A stretch of 64,000 bases of DNA from a virus (Duplodnaviria > Caudoviricetes), in the IMG/VR virus record IMGVR_UViG_3300017814_000051, positions 1 through 64,000 of that record; one strand, 5' to 3'. A program made the position numbers and the translations under genes. The notes beneath the pieces are model-generated. The model was not told the DNA's origin. It worked only from the letters and a program-made list of their open reading frames with translations, and searched no databases. Shown in pieces: positions 28,801 to 38,302 of the stretch; positions within the stretch are counted from its first letter, which is position 1; every line of letters starts with the position of its first letter.

Positions 28801-31800
28801 CAAGGAACATACCGGACTTCTGGAAAGAGATGACAGAGAGGCCTTGGAAATCGATTTCAAGAGAGACAAGAATAGTCAGAAGCTATGGGATCCAAATATC
28901 CTCTCCTGTACGCCGACACTTGAAATGGGTATTGATATCGGCGATCTTTCTACCGTCATACTATGCAGCATGCCGCCTGCACAGGCGCAGTTCCTGCAGC
29001 GTACTGGACGTGCCGGTCGTAAAGACGGCAACGCCCTGACACTGGCTATAGCTGCGGCAAGACCACATGATCTGTATTTCTATGCGGATCCTCTGGATAT
29101 GATGGAAGGCAGTGTGCAGCCGCCGAAGATCTTCCTGAAGGCATCTGCGGTACTGGAAAGACAGTTTGTGGCATACTGCATGGATTCTTGGGTGAAGAGA
29201 GGCGTAAGTGAACAGTCTATCCCCAAAAACGTAGGAACAATCCTGGGCAAACTGGAAAGCCATCCGATGGACATGTTCCCGTTTAATCTTCTGAATTATG
29301 TCCAGAATAATCTTACGCATCTACTGAACTCATTTATCCAACTGTTCGTGCAGTACCTTGATGATACGGCGAAGCAGGAGCTTAGGGACTTTGCTCAGGG
29401 CGACAGGCTGAAAAAGAGCCCGATGCATATGAGCATACTGGAATCATTTCAGGCTCTTAAGAAGCAGAGGGATTCATTGTCGGGGAGCATTGCCCAGCTC
29501 AAAGATATGGTCAAGGATTTGGAGAATAAGCCCAAGGATTCATCTTATGAGGATGAGATCAAGGAGCTGAAGGCGGAGGAGGCAGCTCTTATCAATGTTC
29601 TGAAGGAACTAAATAAAAAAGATGTCTTCAATTTCCTTTCAGACGAAGGACTTCTGCCTAACTATGCCTTTCCTGAAGCAGGAATCATTCTTAAAGCGAT
29701 CCTGTATAGGAAGGATGAAGCGGAGCCTTCTGAGGAAGATGCAAAGAAGAAATACAAGAAATCTGTTTATGAATACAGTCGTAGCGCTTCTGCGGCGATC
29801 AGCGAGTTCGCACCGAATAACAGTTTCTATGTAGAGGGCAGAAAGCTGACGATCGACCAGATCGATCTGACTAGCTCTCAATCCACCAAGTGGAGGCTTT
29901 GTCCGAATTGTTCGCATGCCCAGATCGAAGAGGCCGGAAAGAATACAGCGTGCTGTCCGCAGTGCGGAAGTCCTGCATGGGCTGATACCGGTCAGGTCAG
30001 AAACATGCTGAAGGTCCAGATGGTGTATTCAAATATGAACTATACGAAGAGCCTGATCTCCGATGATAGCGATGACCGGTCAAACGTTTTCTACTGCAAG
30101 CAACTGCTGGTAGATGTGGACGAAGACCACGATATCTCCAGCGCTTATCAGATGGACAATGAGGAATTCTCATTTGGATATGAATTCGTTAAGAAGGCAA
30201 CTTTGAGAGAGATCAATTTCGGCGAAAGCGATATGGTCGGAGAGAAGCTGTCCGTATCAGGGGTTGAAGATGTTCGGAAGGGCTTCAAGATATGTAAATA
30301 CTGCGGAAAGATTCAGCCGGATCAAGGGAAACCGGTCCATACATTTTACTGCAAGACAAGAAAGATGCCGGCCTTCAGCACAGACCCTTATGAAGAGTGT
30401 CTGTTCCTGTACAGAGAATTCACAACAGAGGCTCTGAGAATCCTCATTCCTGCGACTACCATGGATTCGTCAAATGTAAGAACGGAATCTTTCACGGCTG
30501 CGTTTATGCTTGGCATGAAGGAATATTTTGGAAATGTGGATCATCTCCGAGCAACGGTCAGTGAAGTTCCCGTACCGGATGCGGATTACAGAAAACAGTA
30601 CCTAGTAATCTACGATTCTGTACCTGGCGGTACCGGGTATCTGAAGCAGCTTATGAATGAGAAGAATTCGTTAATCGACATATTCGAGAGGGCGCTTCTC
30701 AAACTGGAACAGTGCGCCTGCAAAGAAGATCCACAAAAGGACGGTTGCTATCACTGCCTGTATGCTTACAGACAGAGTCAAAATATTGGCAATATCTCCA
30801 GAAGTACGGCGTTAAGGATCCTGAGATCCATATTGAGTGGAAAGGATAACCTGACCAAGATAGAGAAGCTTGCCAGCATTCCAGTCAATTCGCTGTTTGA
30901 CAGCGAGCTGGAACGGAGGTTTGTTGAAGCTATCGCTCAGATGGGAAACGAGAATCGGAAGGTGGATATCTCAAAGTCACTGATTTCCGGCAAGGAAGGC
31001 TATATCTTAAAGATCAACGATCAGACCTGGGAGATCGAGCCGCAGGTGCTGCTGGATGCTACACAGGGTGTCACGGTGACCTGCAAGCCTGACTTCTTGA
31101 TCAGCCCTGTTGGCAAGTCTGACAAGCTGCCTGTCACGATATTTACAGATGGATTTATCTACCATAAGGACAAGGTGGCGGATGACACGTTGAAGAGAGA
31201 GGCCATCCGTAGGAGCGGGAGATACCGTGTATGGAGCCTAAGTTGGAGAGATGTGCAGTCCGTTTTTGCCCAGCAGGGTGATTATTATACGCCATCTCTT
31301 GCATACGAAAAGATGCCTTCCGGAGCAAAAATGTATCAGCCTACAGTTAGCGCTGCGAAGGCAGATGCAATCAAGCCGGGGAAGATGTCTGCTATGGAGC
31401 TTCTGATGCGATACCTGGAAATTGACGAATCTGATAAGCTCTTTAAAGCGCATGCCAGGGGAATCGCCCTTTCTCTTCTGGAACCTACAAAGGCTGCAAG
31501 TTCTATAGATTTTGTAAACTGGAATGATGTGACCGCCAAGGTAAACGGACAGACGCATTATACGGAAGATGAGTTCGTACAGCCAGGGACATTCTTTGGA
31601 ACATGGATTCCCCGGAGTGACAATACGCATTTGTATATGTATGCCGGAATACTTGCCTCAAAGATGAAAGCCGACAGTAATGCGCAGGTGTCCGTATGTG
31701 CAGTACTGGATGACCTAAAGAATTCCAGGACTGACAAGTATGAGCAGGAGTGGAACGGCTTCTGGCAGTTCAGCAATGTGATGCAGTTCGATGATCAGTT

Positions 31801-32185
31801 TATAGCTGTGTGTTATTCTGGACTCGATAATCAGGCCTATTCTGCATTGCCAACAGGTAAGGTCGAGACGGCAGCAGAAGATAATGCACCTGCAGAGACT
31901 GCTGCGGAGGCATGGGATGAGATCAAGAGCATGCTATTCGATGATATCAGCAAGAAGGTTGCGGATGAGTGCAGGTACAGAGGCATTCCTGCACCGGAAG
32001 AAGCCGGATATGAGCTTGCTGATGATTCGGGAGAAGTTATCGCCGAGATTGAGCTTGCCTGGACAGAAAAGAAGATCGGATATATGACAGAAGACCAGCA
32101 GGCAGATAAGGAGAAGGCGAACGAAAAGGGCTGGAAGATATTTACGGCATCAGAAGAAATAGATGATGCGTTCAAGGAGGTATAA
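25862..32185 (+). CDS. YprA-like DEAD/H helicase with DUF1998 and a C-terminal restriction-fold nuclease (ArmC-like)
   Basis: TGTGSGKTE, YPMNALATDQ, VDELH, TLEMGIDIG, QRTGRAGR; DSVPGGTG...C.C.....GCYHCL; SELERRF...KPDF...FTDG..YH. Confidence 0.88.
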   Translation: MLPSILAKQLEKGIGDYIETTFPMTNEPFMGSIRKMLDTQDSVYHEPYVSVRLPFRVAENMPDCFKAIHPAYLPYVHQDMAFHRLTGDDGRSTLIATGTGSGKTECFLYPILEYCYKHRGEKGIKALIIYPMNALATDQARRIADLIYKSPELKGNVTAGMYVGGHEHTPSRMMSEDNVITDHDTLLNAPPDILMTNYKMLDYLLVRPKDAGLWKDNAPDTLKYIAVDELHTFDGAQGTDLACLLRRLKLRLWTPAGYLCCIGTSATMGSKDNGKGIIEYASEIFGEPFEENAVIMEDRLSPAEFFAGSGVTDFTVPSNEQIKKLIELEKQDDEEAYIAEAAKAWVETGDMDITTDEGKIGLVEDLMHHSFMQAMISFMKGNYYQVSSIIEELSVNYPVLKEMEYPTDAVNALLALISYARTGSAGHLRPFLNVQVQLWMRELRRLLAKVSPNMVTYSIAHDLNTQQAKQYLPVVNCRDCGATGWTSILSERGNATITSLEAFYNLYFKADDKIVMMFPHKENDQPWGFIEAGLCPDCLQVKIGEDASGSCDNCGADLVRVLIPNPIKTTGSKSHKQFVCPFCGSKRGISLMGLRSATEISTSISQLFASKFNDDKKTLAFSDNVQDAAHKAGFFNARTWRFGFRSALQRYVEDGGAGQSLADFTKGFIDYWHGKLDIESFVSFFIAPNMTWMHAYEDMIQNRRLGKDSFAKKLVSDIEKRISYEIMLEYGLTSRIGRTLEKSGCSCLEFLTEELLEIAGNVLERVDNEIGTLTNTPLKRYEQMVAGYINIMRQNGAFDDDAFSLYLKGNGNTYLLSKDRVSWMPGRQSGRNTPRFIFKQNSPAGKKNFNFDTVAEKKYTDWISSCCDEFIIEPSTFVQISQIILEEFVKSGLVVTIPAAADYVVYGIDKNKVYITDKVLQMKCDTCGIGYSVAEDNREFWEGAHCMRSVCGGSFEAEESDELDYYGKLFTSGDIARINAKEHTGLLERDDREALEIDFKRDKNSQKLWDPNILSCTPTLEMGIDIGDLSTVILCSMPPAQAQFLQRTGRAGRKDGNALTLAIAAARPHDLYFYADPLDMMEGSVQPPKIFLKASAVLERQFVAYCMDSWVKRGVSEQSIPKNVGTILGKLESHPMDMFPFNLLNYVQNNLTHLLNSFIQLFVQYLDDTAKQELRDFAQGDRLKKSPMHMSILESFQALKKQRDSLSGSIAQLKDMVKDLENKPKDSSYEDEIKELKAEEAALINVLKELNKKDVFNFLSDEGLLPNYAFPEAGIILKAILYRKDEAEPSEEDAKKKYKKSVYEYSRSASAAISEFAPNNSFYVEGRKLTIDQIDLTSSQSTKWRLCPNCSHAQIEEAGKNTACCPQCGSPAWADTGQVRNMLKVQMVYSNMNYTKSLISDDSDDRSNVFYCKQLLVDVDEDHDISSAYQMDNEEFSFGYEFVKKATLREINFGESDMVGEKLSVSGVEDVRKGFKICKYCGKIQPDQGKPVHTFYCKTRKMPAFSTDPYEECLFLYREFTTEALRILIPATTMDSSNVRTESFTAAFMLGMKEYFGNVDHLRATVSEVPVPDADYRKQYLVIYDSVPGGTGYLKQLMNEKNSLIDIFERALLKLEQCACKEDPQKDGCYHCLYAYRQSQNIGNISRSTALRILRSILSGKDNLTKIEKLASIPVNSLFDSELERRFVEAIAQMGNENRKVDISKSLISGKEGYILKINDQTWEIEPQVLLDATQGVTVTCKPDFLISPVGKSDKLPVTIFTDGFIYHKDKVADDTLKREAIRRSGRYRVWSLSWRDVQSVFAQQGDYYTPSLAYEKMPSGAKMYQPTVSAAKADAIKPGKMSAMELLMRYLEIDESDKLFKAHARGIALSLLEPTKAASSIDFVNWNDVTAKVNGQTHYTEDEFVQPGTFFGTWIPRSDNTHLYMYAGILASKMKADSNAQVSVCAVLDDLKNSRTDKYEQEWNGFWQFSNVMQFDDQFIAVCYSGLDNQAYSALPTGKVETAAEDNAPAETAAEAWDEIKSMLFDDISKKVADECRYRGIPAPEEAGYELADDSGEVIAEIELAWTEKKIGYMTEDQQADKEKANEKGWKIFTASEEIDDAFKEV

Positions 32186-32188
32186 GAC

Positions 32189-34291
32189 ATGGAGGCAGCA
32201 GCAAAAGTAGCAATATCCGCTGATTTCCTTACGGCATTTGCGGCTTTGCCACGGCAGATCCAAGGGAAGGTCACGGAATTCATCAATAAGTTCCGTAACA
32301 ACCCACAGTCTCCGGGAATCAATTACGAGAAGATCACCGGAGGCATAGACAAGAAAATATGGTCGGTTAGGATCGATGAGACCTATCGTGGAATCACGGT
32401 ACGACAGCCGGAGACCGGAGTCTATCTGCTTCTGTGGGTAGATCATCATGATGAGGCTTATGCCTGGGCACGCAATAAAAAGTGTGAGATCAACCCAAAA
32501 ACAGGCGCCATTCAGGTCTTTGATATCGTAACCACGACTGTTGTGGAGCCTGCAGCACAGGATTTTGTGCTGTTTGCCGAAGCTACGGATGAAGCACTGA
32601 TCGAGCTGGGAGTTCCGGAGGCACAGATCCCATTTGTAAGATCTATTGGTGACGCAAAAGAGTTTTATGCGAAGAGGGGGAGCTTTTCTGCAGATACCTT
32701 CGAGGCATTGTCGTGGGTTGTGGAAGGCATTTCCATCGACGAAGTAATAGAGCTTTTCGACGAGGAAAAACAGGACAGCAATCCTTCAGAGAATCTTGCA
32801 GATGCACTGGAGAGCCCACTGTCATTAAAATCCTTCGTTGTTGTTGAGGGTGAAGATGAGCTTCGCCGCATCATGGCCGAGCCGCTTGAAAAATGGCGTG
32901 TTTTCCTTCATCCGACTCAGAGAAAGATAGTAAATAAAAACTATTCAGGAGCTGCAAGAGTTCTGGGTGGTGCAGGAACAGGCAAGACCGTTGTAGCAAT
33001 GCACAGGGCAAAGCATCTAGCAGCAGAACTGAAGGATAAAGAGAGAATCCTATTTACTACATTTACAGCAAACTTAGCTTCTGATATCAAGGATAATCTT
33101 AGAAAAATCTGTTCATTGGAAGAGTTCAGAAGGATTGATGTAATCAATCTGGATGCATGGGTATCACAGTTTCTAAGGGAGCATGGATATCAGGCGGAGA
33201 TTGCCTATGATGAAAAGGTTGGTAAACTCTGGGAAGAAGCAGTTATGGAAAATGATTTTTCCGGCGAATTCTCGGAAAGCTTCTATGAGGATGAATATAA
33301 CCGTGTAGTTGTCGCGCAGGAGGCCTTTTCACTTGAAAAGTATGCAAAAGTTAGCAGGACAGGGCGCGGGACCAGATTGAACAGAAAAAAGAGAATACAG
33401 ATCTGGAAAGTTTTTGAAACCTATCATAATCTGATGAAAGAAAGACAGGTCAGAGACATTAATACGGCTATGTATGAATGCAGGCTTCTGATTGAGAAGA
33501 CTTCTTCGGAAACCAGGTATAAGCATATTATCGTAGACGAGGGGCAAGATCTGAGTGCCAATGCATTTAGATTGCTCAGGACAATCGCAGGGGAAGAACA
33601 TGAAAACGATATCTTTATTGTCGGAGATGCTCATCAAAGAATCTATAAGAATAAAGCTGTATTGTCGAAGTGCGGTATCAATATTAGAGGTAGGAGCAGT
33701 GTCCTAAGGATCAATTATAGAACGACGGAAGAAATTAGGAAGGCGGCTTTTGCGATGCTTAACGGTATTTCTTTTGATGATCTGGATGATTCCTTTGATA
33801 CCGGTGATCGTTGCCAGTCTCTGACACATGGAACGGCGCCGGAGATAATGAATGCAGCAAACGCAAATGAGGAATTTGATTTTATTCTTGAAAAGGTCAA
33901 AGGACTGATAGACGAAGGTGTGTCGGCTAAGAACATCTGTATCGTTGCCAGGACACATAAACTGCTGGACGATTATATTACTCACTTTACATCATGCGGA
34001 ATCCGATGCTATGAGATTAAAGGAAACAAGGCGGATGATCGTGGACTTGAGGGTGTACGTGTCGCCACGATGCACAGGGTTAAGGGATTGGAATTCCAGT
34101 ATGTATTTATAGTGGCTGCAAACAACAGGATAATACCTTTGGCATCGGCAATTGACTACACGGACGCAGTTAGTGAACAGGAATCGATGACGGCAGAAAA
34201 GTGTTTGCTTTATGTGGCTCTTACCAGAGCACAGAAGGCAGCATATATCAGTGGATATGGGAAGATGTCTGAGTTCCTGCAGACAAAATAG
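32189..34291 (+). CDS. UvrD-like helicase with N-terminal RelE-like domain (ArmD-like)
   Basis: GGAGTGKT, VDEGQD, GDAHQRIY, NYRT, TMHRVKGLEF, LYVALTRA; N-terminal NP.SPG...WSVRI...YR...HHDEAY. Confidence 0.85.
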   Translation: MEAAAKVAISADFLTAFAALPRQIQGKVTEFINKFRNNPQSPGINYEKITGGIDKKIWSVRIDETYRGITVRQPETGVYLLLWVDHHDEAYAWARNKKCEINPKTGAIQVFDIVTTTVVEPAAQDFVLFAEATDEALIELGVPEAQIPFVRSIGDAKEFYAKRGSFSADTFEALSWVVEGISIDEVIELFDEEKQDSNPSENLADALESPLSLKSFVVVEGEDELRRIMAEPLEKWRVFLHPTQRKIVNKNYSGAARVLGGAGTGKTVVAMHRAKHLAAELKDKERILFTTFTANLASDIKDNLRKICSLEEFRRIDVINLDAWVSQFLREHGYQAEIAYDEKVGKLWEEAVMENDFSGEFSESFYEDEYNRVVVAQEAFSLEKYAKVSRTGRGTRLNRKKRIQIWKVFETYHNLMKERQVRDINTAMYECRLLIEKTSSETRYKHIIVDEGQDLSANAFRLLRTIAGEEHENDIFIVGDAHQRIYKNKAVLSKCGINIRGRSSVLRINYRTTEEIRKAAFAMLNGISFDDLDDSFDTGDRCQSLTHGTAPEIMNAANANEEFDFILEKVKGLIDEGVSAKNICIVARTHKLLDDYITHFTSCGIRCYEIKGNKADDRGLEGVRVATMHRVKGLEFQYVFIVAANNRIIPLASAIDYTDAVSEQESMTAEKCLLYVALTRAQKAAYISGYGKMSEFLQTK

Positions 34292-34303
34292 TGAGGTGAT
34301 TTA

Positions 34304-35422
34304 ATGGCAGGTAAAAAGACCTTTTCAGAGGTCCTTCGTAATCCTTATACCGGAGAAGTTATTGAGATAACAGCTACAACTGAAAATGCCCTGCAAAATA
34401 AAATAAACAAGCAGAACAAGATTTGGGAGAAAGAGCAGGCTGAATGGGAGCACCAGCAATATGTAGATGAGCGGTATCAGTATGTTCAGCAGATTGATCA
34501 GGAAAACTGGGAACTGATGAATAACTTAAGGCATCATATGCTCTCGTATATTAGAAGGTGGTCGCCATACTATTATTATGATAGCTTAAAAAGAAAGAGA
34601 AATTATTCTCAGATAGAGGCTCCGCCGACTATAAAAGCAATCTCAAGGGAATTGAAGGTCCCTATAAAAATAGGAGCGTGGGAATTCTTTTCAGAAGACC
34701 GCAAGAAAAAGCGTATCGCCGCAGAAAAGAATGCTCAGCAAGTGTTGAAAAAACGTACACAGGAATACAATGACCTAGCCGTTGCATATGATCAAAAAAA
34801 TGCAGAATATAATTTAAAAATAGATGAACGCCATCAGGAAATGCAAGATGGAAATCAACAGGAAATTACAGATTTTTGTTCGTGGGTAATAGAACAAGAT
34901 TGTGACTTTATGCAAGGATATTATATTAACTTCAAGATAGAAAAATCTCTGCATTATGATCCTGGCTCAAGAATGCTTTCTATAGATGTCAAATTGCCGG
35001 GGATTCGACAAATTCCGGATGTTGAATATTACCAATATGAGGAGAAAAAGGACAACGTCAAGGGAAAAAGAATGACACAGTCGAATTTCAAGGCATTATA
35101 TAATCATATTATATGTGATATAGTCCTACGAATTATCTGTGTCATTTATGAATCAGATGAGTATGAACTGGTTGATAATGTAGTCATCAATGGTTACAGG
35201 ATTTATCTTGACCGAAGCCGGGGAAAACACATAAATGATTGCATTATCAGTGTGAGCCTCAACCGTAAGGATTATAATGATATATACTTGCGTAATGCGG
35301 ATGGGGAGGAAGTCGTCCGCAGAATAAATAATAATGTCTCGGCAGATATGACATCAGAACCAATAAGAGCTTTACCATTATATGATAGCGGAAACCTGAA
35401 TGTGTATTATGTTAGAGGTTAA
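34304..35422 (+). CDS. Protein resembling the N-terminal region of long Mrr-family restriction endonucleases, lacking the catalytic domain
   Basis: LY..IIC.IVLR....IYE.D.....D.VVING......G.....CIISV pattern; ends where Mrr_cat would begin. Confidence 0.5.
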   Translation: MAGKKTFSEVLRNPYTGEVIEITATTENALQNKINKQNKIWEKEQAEWEHQQYVDERYQYVQQIDQENWELMNNLRHHMLSYIRRWSPYYYYDSLKRKRNYSQIEAPPTIKAISRELKVPIKIGAWEFFSEDRKKKRIAAEKNAQQVLKKRTQEYNDLAVAYDQKNAEYNLKIDERHQEMQDGNQQEITDFCSWVIEQDCDFMQGYYINFKIEKSLHYDPGSRMLSIDVKLPGIRQIPDVEYYQYEEKKDNVKGKRMTQSNFKALYNHIICDIVLRIICVIYESDEYELVDNVVINGYRIYLDRSRGKHINDCIISVSLNRKDYNDIYLRNADGEEVVRRINNNVSADMTSEPIRALPLYDSGNLNVYYVRG

Positions 35423-35426
35423 AATC

Positions 35427-35466
35427 ACAGCGGCTTACCAGGAGTGTTCCGGTAGGTCGCTGTTTT
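35427..35466. terminator. Hairpin terminator between the convergent defence and replication operons
   Basis: ACAGCGGCTTACC...GGTAGGTCGCTGT followed by TTT. Confidence 0.7.
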
Positions 35467-35470
35467 GCTG

Positions 35471-37489
35471 TTAGTCTTTCTGATAAAATTGACATTCATA
35501 TCCATCGGCCCGGAGCAGCAGACCGGAGATCCATGGAGGGGTTCTTCCCATCTGTTCACAGACCACGTGGAAATCCACGCCTGGGTTGCATTCGATGATC
35601 AGCTCATCGTGCACATGCCCGACGATAAAGCAAGAGGATAGAGTCTGCATGCTGTAGCAGAGGATATCACGACTGATGGCCTGGACCAGATTCTCTACGA
35701 TCTTCGGACCATAACTTTCAATCCGGGACCAGTGCTTCGTGCTGTCGTTACCCATGTATGTGATGCTTTCGCCGCCGAACTGATTCTCACCTATCCGGGG
35801 TTTTACATAAGAGAGGTGACGGCCAGATGGAAGCTCGGCAAAGAGCATGCCACCTTTCCAGAGGAAGGATATTATCCCGACTTTAGTGGTGATGCGTTGC
35901 TTAATGGCAGTCTTAGCGGCATTGTCGATGTCCCACCAGTATTGAACAATATTCGGGTTTGAGTTCCGCCAGGACTCAACAAGGCCAGGAAGCTCATCCT
36001 CTGAAAGGCCCATGTCCAAGGCGCCCATCGCTTTGAGAGCGCCCACGCTGCCGCCGTAGCCGAGTGCGAGCTCTGCAATTTTCCCTTTTTGTCGAAGTTC
36101 ACCGTTTATACCGTGTTTTTCAACTGGAACTCCAAACATGTGACTTGCACTTTCACAGTAGATATCACCGTTACCCGCAAAGACATCAAGGCGCCACTGC
36201 TCGCCAGCAAGAAAGGATAGCACGCGTGCCTCGATGGCACTGAAGTCTGATACTACATACCTGTATCCGGGTTTTGGAATGAAGCTGGTCCGGATTAGCT
36301 GACTCAGCACGTCCGGGATATTGTCATAAAGCATATCAAGAGATTCATAGTCGCCTTGACGAACAAGCTCACGGGCTTCGGCCAGGTCTGGCATGGAATT
36401 GCGATAGAGATTTTGTAACTGTACAATACGGCCGGCAAAGCGACCGGTACGATTGGCGCCATAAAAACGGAACATCCCACGGCAGCGGTTATCATTGCAG
36501 GCAGCAGTATCCATTGCAACATACTTCTTGATTGAGCTTTTTGAAGACTGCTGACGGAGACGTAGTACTTCAGCTACCATATCAGGGGCTTCTGGTATCA
36601 GCTTAGCGACGTCTTTCTTGCCGAGACTGTTTGTTTCTACATTATTATCTGAAAGCCAGCCTTTAAGCTGCGCGACAGAGTTTGGGTTTTCCAGACCAGT
36701 CTTATTTTTCATTTCCTCAGACAAATGTTCCTGGGTAATTTCACTCATCCGAATGGCATTATCAACAAGCTGCCGATCGATCAGTATGCCGCGATCATTT
36801 ATTTCTTCAGAGAGGTGGTATTCATCCCAGACCAGGTCCGGAACAGGGTAGTTCTGCAAGCGTTTATGGATCTGCATTTCAACCTCGACATCACGCTTAT
36901 TATATAATTTGAAAAGGGCCCATTTATCGGGAGCGTGCTCTGGAAGGTTTCTGTTCCTGCCGCCGTTTATCTTCGTAGGTTTGCAGGGAACACAGAAATA
37001 CCGAATCAGATCCTTTCCCTCTTTAAGTTTCTGCTCGTCTAAGCCAAGGACCACGCCGACCGGTTCGAGAGACTGGGGCAGTCCGTTATATGCTGCAAGC
37101 ACCATGCTGCAGCGCCAGGAGACAGGATTTAAGTAATTTCCGACCGTGTCTTCTGGAATGCTGTAGCGGCAGGGCGTGAAGCCATTATCCGTATTATCGA
37201 GATACTGCGGGTAATGCCGTAACAACCAGGCGGACAAGCAGATGCGTTCAAAGGAAGCATTGAAGCTCCATTTGATCACATCGTCATCTGCGATTGCGGC
37301 GATAAGCTCATCGGGAACTGTGTCTCCGGAAGTAAGGTCATATACGTCAACTGGGCCGTCGTTGATAGAGGCGCCTAGAAGTAAAATTTCAAAGTTGGGA
37401 GACTCGGCATATTTGTAAACACCTGCTTTGACAAGATTTATGTCGCTATATGTTTCCAGGTCCAGCGATAGGGTCTTTATTTTTCCCAA
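35471..37489 (-). CDS. Phage family-A DNA polymerase
   Basis: Exonuclease LDLETYS; RTGRFAG; SDFSAIEARV; RQKGKIAELALGYGG; HVHDE; start refined to TTG after AAGGATGGTGA. Confidence 0.93.
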   Translation of the reverse strand: MGKIKTLSLDLETYSDINLVKAGVYKYAESPNFEILLLGASINDGPVDVYDLTSGDTVPDELIAAIADDDVIKWSFNASFERICLSAWLLRHYPQYLDNTDNGFTPCRYSIPEDTVGNYLNPVSWRCSMVLAAYNGLPQSLEPVGVVLGLDEQKLKEGKDLIRYFCVPCKPTKINGGRNRNLPEHAPDKWALFKLYNKRDVEVEMQIHKRLQNYPVPDLVWDEYHLSEEINDRGILIDRQLVDNAIRMSEITQEHLSEEMKNKTGLENPNSVAQLKGWLSDNNVETNSLGKKDVAKLIPEAPDMVAEVLRLRQQSSKSSIKKYVAMDTAACNDNRCRGMFRFYGANRTGRFAGRIVQLQNLYRNSMPDLAEARELVRQGDYESLDMLYDNIPDVLSQLIRTSFIPKPGYRYVVSDFSAIEARVLSFLAGEQWRLDVFAGNGDIYCESASHMFGVPVEKHGINGELRQKGKIAELALGYGGSVGALKAMGALDMGLSEDELPGLVESWRNSNPNIVQYWWDIDNAAKTAIKQRITTKVGIISFLWKGGMLFAELPSGRHLSYVKPRIGENQFGGESITYMGNDSTKHWSRIESYGPKIVENLVQAISRDILCYSMQTLSSCFIVGHVHDELIIECNPGVDFHVVCEQMGRTPPWISGLLLRADGYECQFYQKD

Positions 37490-37553
37490 TATTGTCACCA
37501 TCCTTAAGTAAAGATACGGGCAGAAGATAGCTCTGCCCGCATCAAGTTTGATA

Positions 37554-37724
37554 TTACTGCTTATCTGTGAATTCATCCGCGAGTTTCTGTTCCTCGCGCT
37601 CTTTGCGCTTTTTTTCCTTGCGATCACTGACTTTTATCCAAATCCAACTGAATAGGGTTCCAAGGCAGATGACCACATTGATTGTCGTGCAGGTTATTAT
37701 AACCTGCTGATATACATTCTGCAT
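37554..37724 (-). CDS. Small predicted membrane protein (56 aa, not in ORF track)
   Basis: AGGAGG RBS; MQNVYQQVIITCTTINVVICLGTLFSWIWIKVSDRKEKKRKEREEQKLADEFTDKQ. Confidence 0.7.
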   Translation of the reverse strand: MQNVYQQVIITCTTINVVICLGTLFSWIWIKVSDRKEKKRKEREEQKLADEFTDKQ

Positions 37725-37737
37725 GTGTTACCTCCTA

Positions 37738-38301
37738 TCAGCTTAAGAAGTCGTCGTCATCGTCTACGTTGAAATCGTCTTCAGCTCTGGACTTACCGCC
37801 GAGAGGTTCACCGTCGCGGATCTTTTGAAGATTGTTCAAGCCACAGGCGATGCCGCGGTTGCCGTTACTGTTAAATGCATAAAGGTTGATGCTGGCTCTG
37901 CCATAGACGCCGCTGTAAACCTCTGATCTATCAAGAATCGGGTTAAGATCTGCATCAACGATTCCAGGTGCTGTACCGGAATTTGCATTTATGAAGTAGC
38001 TATTCGCATAAGCCGGATCGCCGGGACGCTCTTTATCACCGTCACGCAGCGGAGTTTTTATAGTATCAAGTGCTGGTACTACCTTTCCATTGCCTTTAAG
38101 TTTTGATTCGCCTTCCTCATATGCTGCCTGAATTGCGGCCTGAATCTTATTTAAGGTAACCGTGTCAGACTTCGGAATGATGAGTGAAACACTGTACTTC
38201 GGTGTGCCGCCATTGATGGACTTTGGATCCCATACGTTTGCATAGCTGAAGCGTGTGTTAGTTCCTGTGATAACTTTCGTCGGGTTATTAATCTTAGACA
38301 T
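37738..38301 (-). CDS. DUF2815-family phage ssDNA-binding protein
   Basis: RFSYANVWDPK, PLRDGD, VYSGVY, GLNNLQKIRDGEPLGG, acidic tail. Confidence 0.9.
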   Translation of the reverse strand: MSKINNPTKVITGTNTRFSYANVWDPKSINGGTPKYSVSLIIPKSDTVTLNKIQAAIQAAYEEGESKLKGNGKVVPALDTIKTPLRDGDKERPGDPAYANSYFINANSGTAPGIVDADLNPILDRSEVYSGVYGRASINLYAFNSNGNRGIACGLNNLQKIRDGEPLGGKSRAEDDFNVDDDDDFLS

Positions 38302-38302
38302 A

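Noticed and set aside
18243-34291. Canonical DISARM, Druantia or BREX
   Set aside because: No separate DrmB or PLD DrmC, no DruA-D/H partners, no PglZ/BrxC; DUF1998 is fused and a UvrD follows
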